A DNA stretch of 64,000 bases from Zygnema circumcarinatum SAG 698-1b. Taxonomy: Eukaryota; Plantae; Zygnematophyceae. The position numbers and the translations under genes were made by a program. Below are positions 11,361 to 24,100 of the stretch, piece after piece. The notes beneath the pieces are model-generated. The model worked only from the letters and a program-made list of their open reading frames with translations, searched no databases and was not told the DNA's origin. The stretch lies in NCBI GenBank assembly GCA_037447605.1, contig CM074813.1, positions 1,178,001 through 1,242,000 of the forward strand, in the 5' to 3' direction. Position 1 is the stretch's first letter; each line of letters starts with the position of its first letter.

Positions 11361-12161
11361 GCCAGCGCACGCCCAAACGGTCACCTGTACGGCGCGCGAC
11401 GCAGCCACGAGCTGCAGCTGACATGGCTGGCCAGTACGGCCGCTCCATGCTCGCTGCACCCACGGTCGTTCAACGGTAACGGCGGGCGCTCTCCTTGTGC
11501 CGACTGGTTTTGGCGCGAAGGGCGTTCCATGTGCCGACGGTTGGGGGCAACGTGATACGGTACGAATGGTACGGATGATCCGTGTCCAGGTGCAGTGAAC
11601 ACGCGGCCAGCAGCACCGGCAACAGGCCGTGTCCCTGCTCCGTGGTTGTATGGTCTCCCACCGCATGCATGGATGCATGCGTGCATGCATGTGGTCCGCT
11701 CAAGCGTGCGGACAGCATCCCGTTGGGAAGTGTCCACGTTTTTGAATTAAGTTGTTTGGCCGATTCGGCATCTCCAGACATTCCATAATGCAGGCAGTGA
11801 TTTAAGTTATGCTTCACTCGCCACAGAGCACAGAAAGACTCACAGTACCACCAAGCCATTTCCTCCAAACGGCAATTCTCTTTGGAAATGTGAAAGTCGG
11901 GCTTCCAAGCCGCCGCGTTCAGCTCCATTCCTTCATATTCCCTCGGTTTCCGCCATCTTCATTTCATCAAGGTTTTTTTTCACATCCTTTCTACATCAAA
12001 CGAGCAGCCGCACTTACATCGCAATCATCGCATCCTCCTCCTGTTCTCACACATAGTGTACAAATGTATGCTCCTGCTGCAGATGGACCCCTACGTCACA
12101 TCTCCCTCTCCTCATTGGCAGCTAAAAAATACAAAATTGCGGTTACACCATCCATGCCAAA

Positions 12162-15100
12162 CTAGGCGTAAAGGTCAACGCCCCAAAAGGCGGCGGGGTT
12201 GTTGCTTCTCGCCTTCATGTCGAGGGAGGCGATCTTTTCCATGTCCTCTGAAGAAAGCTCAAAATCGAAAACGTCAAGGTTCTCTTTCAGTCGCTCCACT
12301 CTGTTGGACTTGGGAATGACAACGGTGTTCCTTTGTATCCCCCACCTCAGCACCACTTGAGCCGCCGTTTTGTTGTGCTTCTTTGCCAACTCCTGATTCC
12401 CCCAAAGGCAAACAGTGGAAGGCAGATTTAGTCTGTTGTTCTAAAGCCAAACCTAGAAACTTCAGAACAAGAATTTACAACAAAAAAACTAGGCTGAATC
12501 TGAGAGACGGGGGTGGGAGAGGAGGGGGAGGGGGAGGGGAAAGAGGGAGTTGGGGGGGGGGGGGGGGGGGGGGGGGGGNNNNNNNNNNAGAAGGAGAGGC
12601 AGAGGACGAGGGAGGGAGGAAATGAGAAACGCAAGCCGGGGAAGTATCCGCTTAGGGAGAGAGAGAGGGACAGACGAAGAAATTGTCATTAAACATTGGC
12701 TGATTGGCGTAACTTCAAAATACAAGACACTAAAGCTAGAAGAAACTCCCTTACTTCCAACTAATCCTACATCATGAAGGAACTGTAAATTAGCGATTAA
12801 AACTTACATGAATGAGAGGGTCTTCCAGTGGCGACCTCGACTTGAAGAGCTCCACATTCGCTGCAGCGCCCCCGAGCGGCGTATGAGCCGTCACAGCCAC
12901 TCCGTGCTTCTGGCAGAACTTTACGAGCGAGTCTCTTTGGAAGTATGGGTGGGTCTCCACTTGGTTCACCGCTGGCTTGATTTTGGAGTATGCGAGGCAG
13001 TCCCTGGTCAGGTAAATGTCGTAGTTACTGCAAACATGCCGACGGGAACGTGTTGCAATCGTGAGAAAGAATAAAGCACGGAGCACGATTCGTATACCGT
13101 GTGTAAGAAGAATAGAAGGTTAGCTTACGGAACTCCCAGTTGTTATCTCAGGGCGAGGTATTATTCAGGTTCGAGTTATGGGTCCAATTGAAGTGGTGTC
13201 AAGGAGAGTGGTAAGAGTGATGCTGAGGGAAGTAAGCAATGTGATGTCAATGGAGCCGTGAAATTTCTGTTAAGAACCCTCTTCCTCATAGAAGAGAAGG
13301 CAGCCAAGCAACTCGAAGAGGGCTACGCCTGATGATGTCAAGGCATGCGATGCATGTGATGTTGGCACCGTTACACCATCACCTGATGCCAATGCTCCGT
13401 ACAAGGCCCTCTTCAACCAGCCCCTCCATGCCTCTCCATGTACTCTCCAGCGACACTGTCACGTCTATGTCCAGCACTCCATCATCTCCTTTTGCACTGC
13501 TTGTATTTCCGACACCTGGAACCCCAAAAAAAAGGAAAACCAACTCCAAATAACCAACAAGACAACATTCTATCCCAAGAAAGAAACTATGCCGGAGGTC
13601 TCACGTCAAACATTCCTCTACTGGCCTGTCAGTCCCCATAATTAGAAAAGCCAATTGACAGAAAGAAAATCGGACTAAAGACCTGACCGAGGATCCTATG
13701 CACGTGAAGTAAAACAAAGTCAAACTGACGGTTGAAAACGAAGCATAAAGAGTCACCTGTATGTCGAGTAGCAACCGGAAAATGGACGAGGTATAGGTCA
13801 AGATATGTGAGGCGGAGTTTTTTGAGACTGTCGAGACACGCCTCTCGCACATGCGCATGGTCGGAAGTCCACAGCTGTAACAGCATAGAACTGCCCGAGT
13901 AAGGTCACAAGACGATTCGTAAACTGACATTATGCAATGCGCATTAGACTAAAAGACTCAGTCAAAGTAGAGTCCGCTCCTGCTCTTGCTTGTTTTTCTC
14001 AGTCCCCTGGCTTACTCCCTGCCTTCCTCCTAGCCACTCCTTCCATCTCCCGCTTTCCAACTCACGTTCCCTCTCGTCCGTCCTTTCCAGCTCTTCCTCT
14101 GCCTTACGTCATTGCCACCCTTACCGTCCTTTAATTCATTTCTCCCTTTCTTCTCATCTCTCTTCCGTGCCACTTTTTCCCCTGAGCCCTTCATGTCTGC
14201 ATCACCCGCTTGCTTTGCTGCATCAACCTTTTCCACTTTCCCACTCTCCCTCACTCTCTTTGCGTTTCTTGTGGATGATTGTCCTCCTAGCTAGTGCAAT
14301 CACATCACAAAAGGAAGTCCCTCTCTTACACGGCCTAGAGCCAACGCCACCAAACATACGGTCGTGCATGCGTGCGTGTGCAACTCTCCATAAGAATATC
14401 CCTATTACATACAAATCATAGTCACACTAGGCACATGTCATCTGGTGCTACTCTCACCGAACCTTTGTAGTAATGAAGAGCTCTTCTCTCTTCACAAGTC
14501 CCTCCGTGAGAACTTCCTCTAAGCCTTCGCCAACCTCTGCCTCATTCTTGTAGTCCGCTGAAAACCGAAAAAGGATTGACAAGGAGGGTCTGGGTGAAAA
14601 TAGGAATATATTTTGGACAAGTGAGCATTAGACTTGTACTACGCTTATGGATACATCTCAAATTAGGATTCCAAAGGTTGATGCTGAGCTCACGGGCAAC
14701 TATGGGTGGTCCAGACTGCGATTCTGTAAGGTTTGAAGACCCGAACAATATTAGGGCTAGAGTTTGGACAGACGTAGATTAGGTTTGGAATCTGGAGTTT
14801 AGATCAGTGTTAGACTTGGACATAAAACTGAAAACATGGTACAAGTTAAGGCAAAATACGCATGGAGGTAAGTTTGGATGAAGACTAGGATCTAAATTCT
14901 ACCAGAATCAGTGGTGTAACGGTCACTTTCAGACATATCATATAATTATGATCAGGGTTCGCATAGGTTCACTGTTAACGAAGCTTCCGGGGTAAGCCAA
15001 ATCACTAGCTTGCGTAGGTAAGAAGACGAGTTGGAGTGGACTTGAAATTGCAATTGGTCTAAAATTGGAAGGAGGGCTAAAGTACAATTAACAGAGAATA

Positions 15101-15564
15101 AAAAAATAGCATCAATGAAAAGTTTAGCATTAGGATTAACATTAGAACAAAGGCTAAACAAACTACTAAAATTGACTTGGATCAGATACTCTATTAAAAA
15201 ATAAGCTAAAACCATTTTTTTTCTCAAAGTTTGACATAAAACTAATATAAGCACCACATGGAATAAATATTAGGGCAAATGTGAGCACCGCAATCACAAC
15301 TAGGGCTACAACACCAACTCATTTAAATTTACAGCTGGCAGTAAGATTAACGCTCCAAATAAATGGTATCGAAATTAAGAGTGCCTAAAGGCGAAATGCA
15401 TCCAAGCAGAGAGGACTACCTGCGCAGTCGAAGTGGCGGTACCCGATCTTCACCGCCTCCTTGACGAGCGTCCTCAGCAGCCCGGGGTCGGCCCGCCACA
15501 CTCCCAACCCCACCACAGGCATGGCGTGGCCCGTGGAGAGCGCCAGTGACGGCGAGGAAGCCAT
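12162..15564 (-). CDS. S6PDH: NADPH-dependent aldo-keto reductase, sorbitol-6-phosphate dehydrogenase / mannose-6-phosphate reductase type, 313 aa
   Basis: Exons 15564-15420, 14557-14463, 13874-13757, 13515-13383, 13027-12808, 12392-12162. Motifs: [25 protein letters not shown] (catalytic D/Y), ELFITTK (K), [12 protein letters not shown] (H), [49 protein letters not shown] stop. Substrate specificity is inferred. Confidence 0.93.
12552..12588. other. G27 homopolymer followed by a 10-N gap inside the last S6PDH intron
   Basis: Seen directly. Likely an assembly break at a homopolymer. Confidence 0.9.
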
Positions 15565-15697
15565 GGCTGCCGGCGAGGGCAACTGCAGAGGGAGAGGGAG
15601 TGAGAGAGGGAGCGAGAGAAAGTGAGCGCGAGAGAGAAAAGCGAGCGCGGGGGAGGCCGGCCGGGGGAAGGCCCCTTCAGGAGTCACGATAGAGCTA

Positions 15698-15722
15698 ATA
15701 TGTATCGGCTTGCGATACATAT
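15698..15722. promoter_or_regulatory. Perfect 10-bp inverted repeat with 5-nt spacer upstream of S6PDH; G-box nearby at 15807
   Basis: ATATGTATCG-gcttg-CGATACATAT, about 135 bp upstream of ATG 15564. GCCACGTGG at 15807-15815. Confidence 0.55.
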
Positions 15723-16267
15723 CGAGTACAACATCCAACGATCTGTTCGCGACCAAATCCGACGGTTCACATCCAACGAATCTCTATACGGCACCGCCGG
15801 ATGTGCGCCACGTGGATCATGCAAATATGGACGCATGTCCTGGTGATGTACGGCAGTCCGTACGGCCCCTCAATTTTGCGCGTGGAGACGTTTGGCGACC
15901 ACTTTCGTTCGTTCGCAAAAAAAGATGAAAGGGAGGGAACGCGCGGAGGGGGACGAGGTTGGAGTGATGTTGGAAGCGACGGGGGCCGAGGTTGGACGGA
16001 GGTTGAATGGGCTGGACAGGCCTGGAACTGGGAGTGGTGCAAGCGATGGATGGAGCAGACCTCACTGGGAAGACGGGAGAAACTGCTTTTCCTGAAAGCG
16101 AAATTGAACATGTGCTGCTCCATCGATTGAAGCAAAAAAATATAATAATTTGGTCCCCATTGCCCTTCCTTGCAATAGAGAAGCCGAGAAGACATGTCGT
16201 GCATGCATAGCTGGTGACCAGCAGACAAGCTAGCTGTGCCTTGTAGCATATTATTGCCCTCTTTATT

Positions 16268-19200
16268 TTAAGTTTTGCATCTTTTCGCGAACGGGTCGCA
16301 GTGGGGGTACTCCTGCAGGTGCGGGTGGGCGAGCTCGCTCTCCTCAAAGCACGCGCAGCGCAGCTTCACGCCCTCGCCCTGAGTGGGAGAGCCGGCTCGA
16401 AACACTTTGCGAGGGTACCCAGACTCGCACCACACCTGTCGTGAGGGAGGGAGGGAGGGAGGGAGGGAGGCGAGGAGCAACAAGCAGCGCGCGATCCTTT
16501 GTTTAACAGTGTGAACAGGGGGGAGAGGTGTGGTAGCGAAGAGAAGTAGAGCAAACGCAGAGACGGGGAGAGTGGAGAGGGAAGGAGTTGAGATACCATG
16601 AAAAGATATGAAGAGAGAGAGGAGAGGGCAAGGGGCAAAGGGGAGAGGGAGTAAAGAGGGAGAGTGGAGGGAGTCAGAGTCAGAGAGAAAGTGGGAGGGG
16701 GCGGGAAGGGAAGAAATTGTAGGGAGAAGAGGGAATGGGAACGGACTCAGAGGGCGACCAGTAAAGGACATAGATAGGAAGGAAAGACACGCAAGAAGAT
16801 AGGAAGCGGGTGAGGGCAAGTCGAGAGACAGAGGGAGGGAGGGATGGGCAAACAAGGAGAGAAGGGGGAGGGGAGGGAGGGAGAGAGAGTAACAAGAGTG
16901 GGAGGAAGAAAGAAGAGCTCGCACCTCGCCGCCCTCATCCTGTGTCCACTTGGAGTTACAAGATTTGTGCTTGTCATCCTCCGCTTGGAGCTTCGCCAGC
17001 TCCTCTCTTGCCCTCTTGAAGCGTCGGTGGAGTGAGATAAGCGTCTTTGTTGGCCTGCCATCTGACTCGTAAAATCGTCCAACCAGTTTTCCCACAAGCC
17101 TGCATGGCAAATTCCCCAAAAATCCCAATGATCTGACATGCGAAACAGAACAACGATCATAACAATAGCAGACAAGTAGCTAGAGGGTGATTGAGGGGAG
17201 GGAAAAGATGTAGAGCAGGGTAGAGGAGAAGAGAGAAGGACGGAGCAAGAGTGACGAGAGAAAAGGAGAGCCCAAGACAAAGTCTACGCCGAATTTAAGC
17301 GCAAAAGCTTAGGACAAGCATACGGCTGAACACATCACTTCAAAAGATATCTACAAACCAAAAACAAAGGGAATCAGAAATTGGGTACAACGAACACTTA
17401 CGGATAAGTCTTTTTATAAAATTCTAACCATCCCTCCAAGCTCTTCAACTGCATCCCATCAAATAAAGTAGAAAAAAAAGATGATAAGTTCATGTGCAAC
17501 TAAAAAACTGTCATGAATCTTAGAAACAGGACTAAACTCGACAAGCCTCGTCTTGGCTGCTTTCAATGACCGATGCAACTGCAGGATCAAACAACATCAT
17601 CAAAGTTACACTTCTGCACATCACTCGTCCGCATCAGATCGCATCTTTTGGAGCAAGTAAAGATGCAGCGCATGCTACATCACAAGATGATGTCAAATGC
17701 AGGGCGTGGAAAGCATACACTTGAGTGATCGGCCATAGTGGAGCATGCTTGTTATGCAAGATTGTGATGTTCACAGCGGAGTACATCATATAGCATGACC
17801 ACAATTTCTTCCATCCATCTTACCTGCTCGTTCGTGAGTTTAGAGACGTCATCCGTTAATCCATCTCCTGCATCATGAAGGTCCTAGTTTAGAAATATAG
17901 ATTAACACAAAGACTAGCGCCATCCATAGACAACAGTTAAGCAAGTTGAGCAGAAATGCTGATTGAATTCGTCCTTTCCCGTGAAGTAAAGAAGTCAACA
18001 TGCAGAGCTGGTGCCCAGTCATCGATACTCACCTTTAAAATTTCCAGATACAAATGCACGAGAGGCATCCCTGCACAGAAAACGGCTCCCATGAGATCTT
18101 CACGCCCTAAACGTTACTCATCTTCGTGTCCCGTGCCAACAATTCTTCTCCACTTATTCTCCCCCTCTCCACCACCCCCCCACCACCCTCTCCTATTGTC
18201 CCTCTCTCTCCCATCACCCCTCTGACCCCTCACCTTGACTTCTCCCACTGTTCCTGTCCATCTCGTTCCTACCCTCCTGAACTTTTCTAATCTTCACTCC
18301 TTCCCTTTCAACTTCGCTTACCACCCTCTCCCCCTAAGCAGGGAGACAGGCTGGCAACGAAACCAGCCTCCACACTTTAAAATCGAAACAAGTTGTACGG
18401 CATTTGCTTTCAGCTAAAATGCCACCGAATCTGCTTACTTTCTACAGTTTGGAGGCTTCAGAGTTTCCAAGTAAATTAAGGGCTGAAGTACTCCAAGGGT
18501 TTCCAAGAATTCTGGGTTCTAGAGTGGGCTAATGAGACGACTAGGTCGAATGACCGATGCAGATTCTTCAGTCTCGTTAGGGTTTCAGAATACCCGGACT
18601 TGAGAAAGAAGGGGCTTTTGAAAAGCCTTTACAGAGTCCATGGAATCATGTAGGTGAAATTGAAAATTATCTCACCTTCCACAGAAATGATTATAAGACT
18701 TCCCCTTTCCATAATGTTGGGCTCCCGATGTAACGTCGAACACAGAACTGAAAACATGGAAATTCTCTGTTAGAGACGTTGCTCACGGGTGTGGCGAGAT
18801 TGAAAGAGATCCTAAGCACAACAATACTAGGAGAAGTGTGCCAACCCCCAACTCTGAAAACCGTAGAAATAACAGGAACCCTTGAAGCTGTGATTCGACA
18901 TAAATTGACCTGATCTATTGGAGGCGCTTAAAATTTTATATTTCGAATGGACAACGCACCCCGTAATACTGAGCAATAGTCCTTTCGTGCGGTCGGCTCC
19001 GTTGTACAAAGCAATTTGATCGGGCGACCATAGAGTCTGCATCCAGGAGTGCAAAAAAGATCAATATGAAAGAATTAGGTTGGTTGCTCGCGGACTAAAA
19101 CTGCATTCTTTCGCACCAATTTAATGAATGGACAGATTAAGAATAAAGCCACGCTTTTGTTGTCAGGGGATAAGGAGTAAAGGGGTAGAGTAAACGAAAG

Positions 19201-19590
19201 TGAGAACGCGTGAAAGAGAGCGGGAGGACAAGGACGAGAGAGGGGGTGAGTGAGGACGAGGGATGGAGGGAAGGGCGAGCGGGAATGGGAGAAGCAATGC
19301 GAGAGGCTCCATTATTGGGAAAGGCCAATTCAGAGAGAGAGAGGGAGAGCGTGAGTAGACCTCCCAGCCCGTGGCTCACCCACCTCCGACAGCACTTTCT
19401 TCTCCTTGGTCGCCTGGTAATAGCAGAAGCTGAAGGTGACAAAGCCGGCCATGAGCATTCCCATGTACGCCGCCCCCCGTGACTCTGGACCCGTGGGAGG
19501 CTCCGGTGGCGGGGGCGCTGCCTCAGGGAGAGGAGGTGGGGGTGCGGCTCCTATGACGACTCGCTGCTTTAGGCCCTCGCGGGTCTCCAT
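16268..19590 (-). CDS. MAPR4: Membrane-associated progesterone-binding protein 4 / neuferricin (cytochrome b5-like heme/steroid-binding domain), 275 aa
   Basis: Exons 19590-19384, 19036-18960, 18747-18676, 18070-18033, 17867-17824, 17448-17402, 17099-16925, 16435-16268. N-terminal TM segment, then IALYNG...LLLSITGSVFDVTSGAQHYG...YNHFCGRDASRAFVSGNF, LVGKLVGRFY, CNSKWTQDEGGEVWC, RCACFEE...CDPFAKRC. Confidence 0.92.
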
Positions 19591-21126
19591 GGTGGGAGAG
19601 GAGAAAGGAGAGAGGAAGGGGAGGGGGACAAGAAGAGAGTTGAGGGAGGAGGCAAGTGGGAGAGAGCTGAAGAGGGCGAGAGAGAGTGAGAAACGGAGAT
19701 GCCGAGAGAGCGGACGGAAGGGAGGCGCAAGGTTGGCGTGAAGACGGAAGGGTGGAGGGGAATGTGGTAAGCGAGAGAGGGAGGGTGAGAAAGGAAGATC
19801 GGGCCAGAGGCTAAAAGGCTGCAGACCCAATTCTATTATCTCGAAAGGATGCAAAAGTGCCTTGAAGCGCACTCAGAGCAGCCAAGCCGGTCAGAGCTGC
19901 AGCGCTCTTCAAGGCCTCGACCTTCGTGACTTGCGGAAGCTTCGCGGTGGTTTTGTCGGCGAGAGATCTCCCAGAGAATCGCCAAAATCACATGCAATGC
20001 CGATCCGAGTGTCAGAAATGCAGCAATGCCCTCTTCGTTCGTATTCTGTACTTCTAAAGAAAAAAAAAATGTCTGTCTGCAATTTTGCCCTTTTTGAAAA
20101 ATATTTTTCAACCGACTGCGTTGGTGACCAACATGCACGAGAGATGCATGCGCCATGTTGCTCGACGGGCTGGACGCCGGGGCTCAACTGCTTAGGAAAG
20201 GGAGAGAGGCAGAGGTTCAGAACAGCGTTCACGTGCTCAACGAACTTCCTTAACATCTTACACGAAAAGCACATCGATGGTCAGTGTCTGGCAAATTCTG
20301 AGCCATGGACTTCACTATGCCAACAAGGCTGACTTTGCCTTCCAACTGCTTCAAGGGATATTCATATCTACCCGTTCATTTCAGATTTGAAGAGGTCAAG
20401 GGGGGAAGGGGGGAAATTAATTAGGTCTCAATCTTCGCATCAAATTTACAAGTTTGGCTTCTCAACATGCCATGCACGTCTGCAAACTAGACAGCCGCAG
20501 CTTTGGTTGCATGCTTTAGTAGTGACGATGAGGACGAACCGCCATCAACAAATAATATTCAAAACCCCCAACACACGACAAATTCTTGTACATTGAAGTT
20601 CTCCATTGAAAAACAGACTTGAGTTATCTATTTAGCCACTGAAAAAAACAGCCTTCATTGAGTTGCACGGGCGAACAAGTCCGCACGTGCTTATTTTGAA
20701 TACATCCGACTGACATTGATGACATTTACTTAAGCTGGCACTAGATTACATCTCAGTACAGAGTTTGCATTGGTCGCCCTTCAGAAAGAAGAATATTTTA
20801 AATGTATCAAGCTGGCGTGAATGAATGCCACAACGAAACCAGAGCCTAAATAAAATGTGCATCTAGTGCGACATCAAGACGTATCTTCCACCAACGCAGG
20901 GATTTAAAAGACTTGAAATGCTTTTCCTGATCGCCTGCCATCGCTTAGTGAACATGCCCTCCCCGGAATACCCAGCCGGGCATCAACCCCAACAGCCTTC
21001 TTCATTTACCAAAGGAAGCGCGCAATTCCTTCAAAATCCTTCTTCCCAGAATTCCGACCGTTCCACAACTTGTTGTCCTGTCAAGCCATACCCTTCTGCA
21101 TGCAGGGCTCTGCTAAATTTCCGGCT

Positions 21127-24100
21127 TCAACAGACAACCCGAGCTGTGAGTTGGGCTTCCGAACCACTTGTCTGCTCCTGGGTGTTCGCAGTTCGTGCTT
21201 CAGCTTCAGTTAAGGAAAGAGCCATAGCTAAAGCCAATTGCTCCTCAAAACTCTGCGGAAGATTTTCTAGCTCCTCCATAGTGTCCACTTCTGGTATATC
21301 AGACCGCCCGCTTGAACTTCTCAAACTGCGCTCACCATCCATAGAACCATAAATGAAGCTTCGGAGCCTGACAGGGGTGCTCCCGTCGTTCTCCGGTGCA
21401 TCATCCAACAAATTCGGCAAAGTAACATGCTCGGCCGAAGAGTCATTCTGCTGGGTAGACCCTTCTAGCAAGTTGGTCTCAGGAATGGACGCATCAACCA
21501 TCAGGTCTGGCAGAGATATATGGTCTCTATAAAGTTGATAGCTTTCCGGTGACACTTCCCCCAAGTTTGAGTTCATAACCAAATCCGGCAAAGCTACAAG
21601 CTCTCGTTGAGAAGGAGGGCGCCTAAGGGACGATCCCGGTGGCACGTTGATAGGCTCATCTTCCATCAAATCAGGAAGAGCTATGAAGTCTCTTTGAGAA
21701 GGAGGCCGTCGGAGCGAAGGTCCTTGCGTCACATTGGCGTTATTGATAGGCTCATCTTCCATTAAATCGGGAAGCGCTATTGAGTCTCCCTGTGAACGCC
21801 AAAAGTCGGTATTCGCAATGGAATTTTCTCTAAGTAGGTCTGGCAACTGTATGTGAGAGTTGATTCCTGCAGATCCACTACCCGAGCTACTCATATCCTC
21901 TCGTTCGGAGTCAGATACCTCCGCTAAGAAGGAAGGCAATTTGATGCTTCCTCGAGTAATGCCTTTACACTCAAAGGCAGGTCTCTTGGGGTCACCTTTG
22001 AGGCTAGCCTCACCTACAGCTCCATCCGCATCCCTCTCATCCTGTCGAAACATTACCTCTTCCTTCCCGCTCGTGGTTTCCTCTCCCCCAAAACTCCCGC
22101 CCATTTTCTCCATCGGTGAGATTTGATGTGCCCCGGTAGAGCTTGTAAAGGCACAGTCATCTTCTGTTGCTCTTGATGGCAATGAGGACTCAGGTGATTC
22201 AAATGTCGCCCTCTGCTCTTGAGCTGAATCGGAGGGGTACCTGCTCACATCAGTTGCAGGCTCCGGATCCAATGAGCTTGCCTCCCTTGCGAATCCTATA
22301 TTTTCTGAAACTTCGGAAGATCTGCAAAAGTCCTGCAGAAGCAATTCATAACTTCAGCAAAGTTTAAAATTAGACTCACTTTGACAAGCGAAATGAATTG
22401 CAGTCTTCACACTCTCTTCATTGGAGTGCTTGAAAAGAAAACGGGGCTAGACTCTAGTCATGGTGACCAGCACGGCTAAAAGTGGAGGTTGTTTCAAAAC
22501 CACACAGGCCCTCCAAGCACCCATCCACGTCAGGAAACCAGTGACTCGTCCAACCTACCTTGCAAACGGAAATGGTACGTAGAAAGGAGCACGCAGGTTT
22601 TGCAAAAGTAGGCATCACTCAACTGAATTGCGTCAACTTACTAGTTCATGCATAACCAAAGTGAGGCAAATTTTCATGACTCCCAATCCTTCCGAACTAG
22701 AAATGTCATGCATCACCCCCCTTCTTCTGTGAGTTGAAGCAGGAAATCTGCAGCAGTAAACCTTCAGAACATGCACTGATGATATTTACCTGCAGCGACT
22801 GCCTAATGGCTTCTCTCAGCATAAGCTCCTCCACATCAACGTCAAGCTCATCTTCATCACTGTCAAGCCTTTCCCCAAAAACTCCAAAATCAGTTTCCTC
22901 CCAACTTCATCTTCCTGCTTTTAATGCTGAAGGAGTCAGTCAAACCATCCTGCCTAAAGAATCTCGCTGAAAGATTCATGGAGATCCATACTCCACCGCA
23001 TATAGCAAAAAATCTCAGGTTTACAGCACCATACAGTTCAGACTCTGTCCAACAGAATAGAATACCCTCAAGTATGCAACCCACGTAGCAAAACTCTGCC
23101 AAATGTAGTAAATGCCTGGGATGTGTTGCACACTCACCTCCCTGACGAGTTTGAAAGGACGGGAGGCATCCACCTGCCTGAGAGAGACGGACTATTCCCT
23201 CCCCTTCCCACCATGCCACTTCCTCCAGACGCAGCACTACCTTCAATTGTCTCAGCAGAAGCATCCCTCCCACCTGACCGAGCTGTCCCCCCCCCTTCCG
23301 GACTCAAAGCAGCTCGTAACCATCCCAGTCCCTCTCCAGTGGTTTCCGATGTAGGCGCACTTCCACGCGAGCCCCTGAAATGAAAGAGGAGGTCCAAGTC
23401 TTCCCGTGAATCCTCACGTAAATTTGTTCGGAAAGAGCTTGGTCCTGATGCCAAGAGATGATTGGGCTGAATCCCTCCAGAGCCCAAGCTCGAGCCCCGA
23501 AACCAAATGGAATCTGAAGGTTGCGCTGAAGCATTAGAATAGCCTGCTAGGGAGCTGGGTTCTCCTTCATTGATACCCGCGGGGGTCAAAGATGACCCCC
23601 AGGCAGGCCAAGGGGCCACAGAGGGTTCAGAAGGTAAGCGAGAAGGGTCCCCTGCTGTGCTTAACGTGCTAGATGATGAAGGTTGAGAAGAAGTTGCATT
23701 TGAGCCCTCCTGATCTATATCTCGGGCCAGAGGAAGCCCAGCTGCTTTCGCCTTCTGTCTTTCTTCATCAGCGAGCAGTTCTTGCCGCTCGATTCGAATC
23801 TTCGCCTCAATGACTTTTTGCTCTTCCTGCAACATCCGCGATCGCGGCCGTCAAGACATGACAGCAATAACTGCATGCGCTGTAAAGGGAGATAGAGAGA
23901 GAGGGAAGGAGGAAAAATAAGGGAGGCAAAGGAGGGCAGGGTAGGACAGGAGACAGATGAAGGAGGCAGAAGGCCACAAAGACAAAAGAGAGACTAAGGG
24001 AGAGAGAAACTGTAAAAGGGAAAACGGGGACCATGAACAGAGAAAGCTGGGGGAGGAATAGTGAGCAACAAGGGCGAGAGAAATGGATATGTACAACAAA

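Noticed and set aside
9989-11738. Overlapping Arg/Gly/Pro/Ala-rich ORFs on both strands
   Set aside because: This is a GC-rich promoter island. No frame stands out and no domain is recognisable.
12552-12588. Poly-G as a functional G-quadruplex
   Set aside because: It abuts an N gap, so its length and even its existence are unreliable.
13160-13185. GGTTCGAG as a tRNA T-loop
   Set aside because: There is no acceptor stem, D-arm or cloverleaf pairing, and it lies in an S6PDH intron.
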